A stretch of DNA of 64,000 nucleotides from Pelagomonas calceolata (lineage: Eukaryota), in the NCBI GenBank assembly GCA_918797485.1, contig CAKKNE010000001.1:6076001-6140000 (forward strand), given 5' to 3'. Below, piece by piece: positions 59,545-64,000 of the stretch; within the stretch, counting starts at the first letter, position 1, and each line of letters begins with the position of its first letter. The position numbers and the translations under genes were made by a program. Under the pieces are notes generated by a model, which was given only the letters and a program-made list of their open reading frames with translations, had not been told where the DNA came from and did no database searches.

Positions 59545-60827
59545 TTTTTAGGCCTCCGAAACCTATCCAGCAGCTTCCTCGACCGCGTCGACGGCTCCTT
59601 TTTGATGATCCCCGGAGTGTCGTAGAACTCCTTCATCGCCGCCATGCGGATGTCCGCCTCGTCGAGCGTGCCGCTCCGGCACACGTCCAACTCATCAAAA
59701 CGCGCCAGGATCGCGTCGACGTCCGTCCGCTCGACGGTGCCGGCCTCGACGAGCACGGAGGACAGGTACTCGACGCGCGTGATTTCCGACCCCGCGCCCT
59801 CGATGGTCGACATCTCCCGGATCATTTCTGGAGAAAGTTCCCTGGCTAGGACCTTTTCCTTCTTTGCGGCGACGGCGCGCGCGGCGACGTGGCCGATGCA
59901 GTCCGTTAAGAGCGTCGTGGAAATGAGGAGATACACGACGGAAAAGTGCCTCGACCGGGCGTGGTTCAGCGGCAGGTCGCCGTAACCGACCGTGGTGGCC
60001 GTGACCACCGACCAGTATAACGCGTCCACGATGGGGTGCTCCCAGCCGCCTTTCCCGCCCCAGTAGCCCTCGGAGAACGCCATGTACGTCGCGCCCACCA
60101 CAATGTTCAGAAGCAATAGCGCAAAGGACGCCAGTTCCTTCCAGGGCTTCGTCGTCTTGTCTCCGGAAGTTTCGGCCTGCTCCTTCAGGCGCTGGGCCAG
60201 CCGCTCTTCCGCCGCGCTCAGGTTCTTCGCGACGGCTCCTACTAAAATGGAGGCCACTAATGTAACACCAATACCAATATAGGCCGTCGCGAACAGCTTG
60301 CCGGACCGCGTCTTCGCGCAGTAGTCGCCGTACCCCACCGTCGTTAAGGTAACGACGCCGTAGTACAAACTTTCTAGAATGGACCAGCCCTGCGTCCGGT
60401 GCCAGAAGGCCCAGGCTCCTAGGAAATAGGCGGCCAACGCCATGAGCTGCCACCCTATTTTATCTGTGAGCGGTTCGAGCAGCTTGCCGAGCGGCCGCAG
60501 GATCTCGCCCATCTTGCTCAGTTGCGGCCGGATCGACCACTTCTTGCCCACTCGATTCAACACGCGCGTCGCCGACTTCATCGTCCGCGAGTTGGCCGAG
60601 CTCTTGACCAGGCGAGACCCCGCCTTCACGAGGTTCTTACCCTGGAAGGTCAGCAGCTTGCCGACGCGTCGCCCAACGACGCCGGCGCCGCGCCGCGGCA
60701 CCGGGAAGCCCATTGGCAGCGGTGCGAGGAGTGGTGCTCGCTTGGTGTGGGGTGCTATGAAGGCTGCTGCTCTCCATGTCGTGATTGCGAGCGCCACAGT
60801 CAGTCGCATGCATCCAGCGCTCTTCAT
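59541..60827 (-). CDS. two-pore (TPK/KCO-type) K+ channel with C-terminal EF-hand and bipartite plastid presequence
   Basis: Two pore loops (TLTTVGYGD, TATTVGYGD), EF-hand FDELDVCRSGTLDEAD, N-terminal AAAFIAP. Confidence 0.92.
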   Translation of the reverse strand: MKSAGCMRLTVALAITTWRAAAFIAPHTKRAPLLAPLPMGFPVPRRGAGVVGRRVGKLLTFQGKNLVKAGSRLVKSSANSRTMKSATRVLNRVGKKWSIRPQLSKMGEILRPLGKLLEPLTDKIGWQLMALAAYFLGAWAFWHRTQGWSILESLYYGVVTLTTVGYGDYCAKTRSGKLFATAYIGIGVTLVASILVGAVAKNLSAAEERLAQRLKEQAETSGDKTTKPWKELASFALLLLNIVVGATYMAFSEGYWGGKGGWEHPIVDALYWSVVTATTVGYGDLPLNHARSRHFSVVYLLISTTLLTDCIGHVAARAVAAKKEKVLARELSPEMIREMSTIEGAGSEITRVEYLSSVLVEAGTVERTDVDAILARFDELDVCRSGTLDEADIRMAAMKEFYDTPGIIKKEPSTRSRKLLDRFRRPKN

Positions 60828-61052
60828 GGCTTTTGCAATAATGTGGAGGCAGTGACGGACACCTCGAAGTCTCCGACGAGTCGTCGCAGTCGAATGTTGC
60901 TGCTCTTTGCCTCCGAGTTATGTAGCGTAGTAACATACTAGCTTCACGCAAAAAAAGTGGCACTCAAGTCCATTGACGCAGTGCGCATCGACGCGAGAGG
61001 CGGCTGCCCTTGGTATCGCCACGCGACGTCGCGGTGGCACCGCTGTCGAAGC

Positions 61053-62522
61053 ATGCGGCTGTCCGCCGTGACGCTATGCATCGTGGGCGTGGCTGCCCGC
61101 GGCCGCCGCCGCCGCATCCCGTACGAGAAGAAGGTGCACGTCCAGCCGCCGCCGCTACCGCATGACGACGGTACGCCGTGGGGCTGCGGACCGATGCCCA
61201 GCAACAGCACGTCATATTACCTGCGCGACTTACTGCAGAACTGGATCGCGAAGCAACAATTTCAGCGGAGGCACACGGTGTACCAAGGTGGAGGTAGGTC
61301 TGTGGTGGTGATGGCGAAGCGGCACGGTCTAGGGAACCGACTGAACAATGTGATCGGGGGCTTCATGCTCGCGCTGGCGACAGGACGAGCATTGGTCATA
61401 AACTGGCCGCCGTCCGCGTGTCGGAACAAGCGGAACTGCGACCCTACGTCCATCGATGATTTATTCGACCCGCCCGTCGGCGTGAAGTGGGGGAGGATGC
61501 AAGGCTGGAACAAGGACCTGGACGCAATGTGCGCGAACGGGCCCTTCGTGATCAGTCAAAACGGCCACGACGCCGTCCAGCAGGTGTTGGATATGGACCT
61601 GGGGAATTATCACGAGCAACCGAAGATGGTCTGCGCGGTCTGTGATCGGAGCTGGTCCTACGGCGTGAGTTGCAACCCTTTATTGCGGTGCGCGATGCCG
61701 ACGCCGTGGTACGTCTACGGGCTCCTGCAGCGGTGGCTCTTACGACCGAAGCGGGCCGTCGTCAACAGGGTGCGACAGACGCTCGCGAACCACACGTGCG
61801 CCGTGGGCGTCCACCTCCGCAAGGCGGACAACAGTAAGACGAAGTGGGCCACGGAGGAGTTGTTACGGGAGACCTACGCTTCCGCCCTAAAACGGCGGCC
61901 CGAGTTTAAGAACGGAGACCTGCGCTACGGCATCTACGTGGCGGCCGACGGCGAGTCGACGCAGACGAAGAAGCGTATTGAAGCGTTCGCGCGGTCCGTC
62001 GGCGCGCCTTTGTTGGAGCGCGCGGCGCGCTTCAAGGCCTCCCGAGATTCCGTGCGCGCCATGCAGGACGCGCTGGCCGAAAACTACGTCTTGTCGTCGT
62101 GCGTCGAGATCCTGCCGCGCGGCTCGGGCGCGTCGACGTTCCACGATCTGGCCGTGGCACGGGCGGCCTTCGAGCAGGGCTGGGAACAAACTCGCGTCGA
62201 CGCCTTCGTGCACAAGTCGGAGCCCTCGGACCACGCCTTGGTGCCGGCGCGCTGCCCGCCGCGGACGGGCGAGACGGCCGACGCCGTCACGCGGTGCCCC
62301 TGTTTGTCGAACGAGACGAGCTACCGGGACCGCGTCGCGCCGTGGCCCGGGCCCGATCTGGTCTGGGCCCACCCCTGGCGCGACCCCTACGAGAACAGCA
62401 CGCGGTCGGCGCGCATGCGCCTCGTCAAGGAGCGGATCCGGGCGCGCCGCGAGGCGCGGGACGCGGCGCGCATGTCGAGCATCGCGGGGGCGGGCGTCGC
62501 GGGGACGCACGGGACGTTTTGA
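61053..62522 (+). CDS. fucosyltransferase-like protein (GT-B; GT37/GT23/GT11 clan)
   Basis: GLGNRLNNVIGGFMLALATGRALVINW, VGVHLR, IYVAAD, ALAENYVLSSC, ASTF. Confidence 0.85.
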   Translation: MRLSAVTLCIVGVAARGRRRRIPYEKKVHVQPPPLPHDDGTPWGCGPMPSNSTSYYLRDLLQNWIAKQQFQRRHTVYQGGGRSVVVMAKRHGLGNRLNNVIGGFMLALATGRALVINWPPSACRNKRNCDPTSIDDLFDPPVGVKWGRMQGWNKDLDAMCANGPFVISQNGHDAVQQVLDMDLGNYHEQPKMVCAVCDRSWSYGVSCNPLLRCAMPTPWYVYGLLQRWLLRPKRAVVNRVRQTLANHTCAVGVHLRKADNSKTKWATEELLRETYASALKRRPEFKNGDLRYGIYVAADGESTQTKKRIEAFARSVGAPLLERAARFKASRDSVRAMQDALAENYVLSSCVEILPRGSGASTFHDLAVARAAFEQGWEQTRVDAFVHKSEPSDHALVPARCPPRTGETADAVTRCPCLSNETSYRDRVAPWPGPDLVWAHPWRDPYENSTRSARMRLVKERIRARREARDAARMSSIAGAGVAGTHGTF

Positions 62523-62539
62523 GTTTTTAAGTTTCTGTA

Positions 62540-63583
62540 CTACTTCCAGTCCCCGACGCAGTCGAGGTAGTGGAGGAGATCCGCGAGGTTTTTGGTAGCG
62601 ATGCCTGCGAAGCTCAACTTCACGGCGTCGCCGCGGATGCCGAAATGCGTCGGGCAAACGCGGCCGTCCCCATCTTGATAAGAACCAGGCAGGGGAATAG
62701 GCGCTGACTTTGTTATAATCTCGGCTTCGCAAACTGGCGTCGCCATGGAACGCATGTTCACCAACCGTCGGGCCTCCAGGCACATCGCAAATTCGTGTTC
62801 AGGGGTGTCATAATAACCCTCGAGATTTATATGGTCCTTAGACAGTTGCTCCTTGTGAGGGTGTTGAAAATTGAGCCGCAGTCTATCCTCAAACACTAAA
62901 AGACTCTTCCCGTCCTCGCGCACGAGAAAGACCCTGGCGCTGCCAACAAGTCTTTCCAACAAGTCTTCCCACTCATCTAAGACCGTCCATACCCCACCAG
63001 CAGCTCGTTCAGCCTCCTCCGTCCACTCTTCGGTGGGCCTGGCGGCAAGGAAATGAGCCTCTTCAGGGCGGAGCGCTTGATTGAACATCCATCCTTCCGA
63101 CAGTTCGTAATAGTTTATCCCCGTCCTGCTTATTACCCTGTCGTGGTTCGCGCCGGTGAGTTCGAGTTTCGCACAAGTATGGGCGTCCTCGACACCATAA
63201 TCCCATGCTTCGACATCAGTAAGCTGCCCGCGCTGCACGAGGCGTCCGCCGCAGTCCAGCTTAATTTCGCAGACGACTTCACATGTGCGCGTCACGACGG
63301 TGTCACGAGGGCGCTGCCTCGACTGCTGTGCGAGGCTCGTCAGGACGCGCAGCGGGTGCGTGGCCGCGAGGCGTCTCTTGACGAACTCGCTGCCCAGCAC
63401 GGGTAGCTGTTCCTCGAGCGCCTTGAGCACCGTGGGATCCGTCACCGTCGCGGTGCGCTTCGACGTCGCGCACAGCGCTATGAAATCGATAGCAGGCGTG
63501 GCCTCGACCAGGGCAGCCCCACAGGCAGCCAAGACATCAGCTATTGATGGATGTGGCCTCTCATCATGACTAATGGACGTCAT
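62540..63583 (-). CDS. hypothetical protein with weak F-box-like N terminus
   Basis: 347-aa ORF, lower GC than neighbours; DFIALCATSKR resembles an F-box end. Confidence 0.65.
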   Translation of the reverse strand: MTSISHDERPHPSIADVLAACGAALVEATPAIDFIALCATSKRTATVTDPTVLKALEEQLPVLGSEFVKRRLAATHPLRVLTSLAQQSRQRPRDTVVTRTCEVVCEIKLDCGGRLVQRGQLTDVEAWDYGVEDAHTCAKLELTGANHDRVISRTGINYYELSEGWMFNQALRPEEAHFLAARPTEEWTEEAERAAGGVWTVLDEWEDLLERLVGSARVFLVREDGKSLLVFEDRLRLNFQHPHKEQLSKDHINLEGYYDTPEHEFAMCLEARRLVNMRSMATPVCEAEIITKSAPIPLPGSYQDGDGRVCPTHFGIRGDAVKLSFAGIATKNLADLLHYLDCVGDWK

Positions 63584-63633
63584 ACCCTTTTTTCGCACTC
63601 GTTGTGATTAAAATCTCGAACCGTCGGAAGCTT

Positions 63634-63656
63634 GCTAGTGTCTTACTAATGCTAGC
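63634..63656 (-). promoter_or_regulatory. upstream motif
   Basis: Minus strand reads GCTAGCATTAGTAAGACACTAGC, centred in a 122-bp divergent gap. Confidence 0.7.
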
Positions 63657-63705
63657 AACCTGGGAAAGCACCGACCGAGGATTTCATTGTACACGGCCGC
63701 AAACG

Positions 63706-64000
63706 ATGCATGCGTTGCTTCTTGGATCGCTTTTGGTCATATCCAGACGATGCACAGCGATCACGACCATCGCTAAGGACGACGCCGTCCGACGAGACAC
63801 AGCACTGACCCGAAGCGCCGGCGGCGCGGCCGCGGACGCCAGCGCCGCGGACGCAGCACTGACCCGCAGCACCGGCGGCGCGGTCGCGGACGCCAGCGCC
63901 GCGGACGCAGCACTGACCCGCAGCACCGGCGGCGCGGTCGCGTGGCGACCCGTTCCGTCGTTTGCGATCAATTTGGACCTCGCGCCCGAGCAACGCTACG
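63706..64000 (+). CDS. 5' part of an acid ceramidase/NAAA-like protein (runs off the window)
   Basis: Signal peptide MHALLLGSLLVISRRCTA, 18-aa repeats, then VPSFAINLDLAPEQRY, which resembles the NAAA/acid ceramidase N-terminal motif. Confidence 0.7.
   Translation, partial: MHALLLGSLLVISRRCTAITTIAKDDAVRRDTALTRSAGGAAADASAADAALTRSTGGAVADASAADAALTRSTGGAVAWRPVPSFAINLDLAPEQRY
63800..63942 (+). repeat. 54-bp coding minisatellite, about 2.6 copies
   Basis: Units start at 63800, 63854 and 63908 and encode ALTRS(A/T)GGA(A/V)ADASAADA. Confidence 0.9.

Noticed and set aside
58213..62522. Glycosyltransferase gene cluster or biosynthetic island
   Set aside because: The GT genes are scattered among unrelated housekeeping genes, with no evidence of co-regulation.
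1..64000. Autonomous transposase for the Introner family
   Set aside because: No ORF with recognisable DDE transposase features or flanking TIRs was found in this window.

Overview
This is gene-dense, GC-rich eukaryotic nuclear DNA with few introns. It most resembles a pelagophyte stramenopile alga (Pelagomonas/Aureococcus type). That assignment is inferred from ASAF-type bipartite plastid presequences, a DUF285-repeat surface protein and TIR/TSD-bearing introns. About 40 protein genes are packed with short intergenic gaps, mostly as divergent or convergent pairs. Recognisable products include RRS1, GPI8, RRP5, Cpn20, VPS60, eIF3K, a DEAH helicase, a kinesin, a TPK K+ channel, several glycosyltransferases, a PLP aminotransferase and pyroglutamyl peptidase. 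Five things stand out. (1) A family of Introner-type DNA transposons (TIR CTGTGTGGAAATCAA, 8-bp TSD, internal core CGCGTCGATGGCGT) accounts for most introns, inserts in both orientations and often uses GC donors. (2) A tRNA-Pro(AGG) lies on the sense strand of a predicted intron of a VWA gene, with no nearby Pol III terminator. (3) An oriented motif, GCTAGCGGC-N(0-3)-GTAAGACACTAGC, occurs about 13 times, almost only 50-310 bp upstream of start codons. (4) Several unusual proteins are present: a membrane/RPUSD1/2OG-oxygenase fusion, a SnoaL/ZnF/TruA-like fusion, an F-box-like cyclin, a prenyl synthase with degenerate DDxxD motifs, and a DUF285 gene with an in-frame TGA at a conserved Trp. (5) Two insertions are flanked by 24-bp and 31-bp direct repeats. 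All splice models were built by hand and need RNA-seq confirmation.
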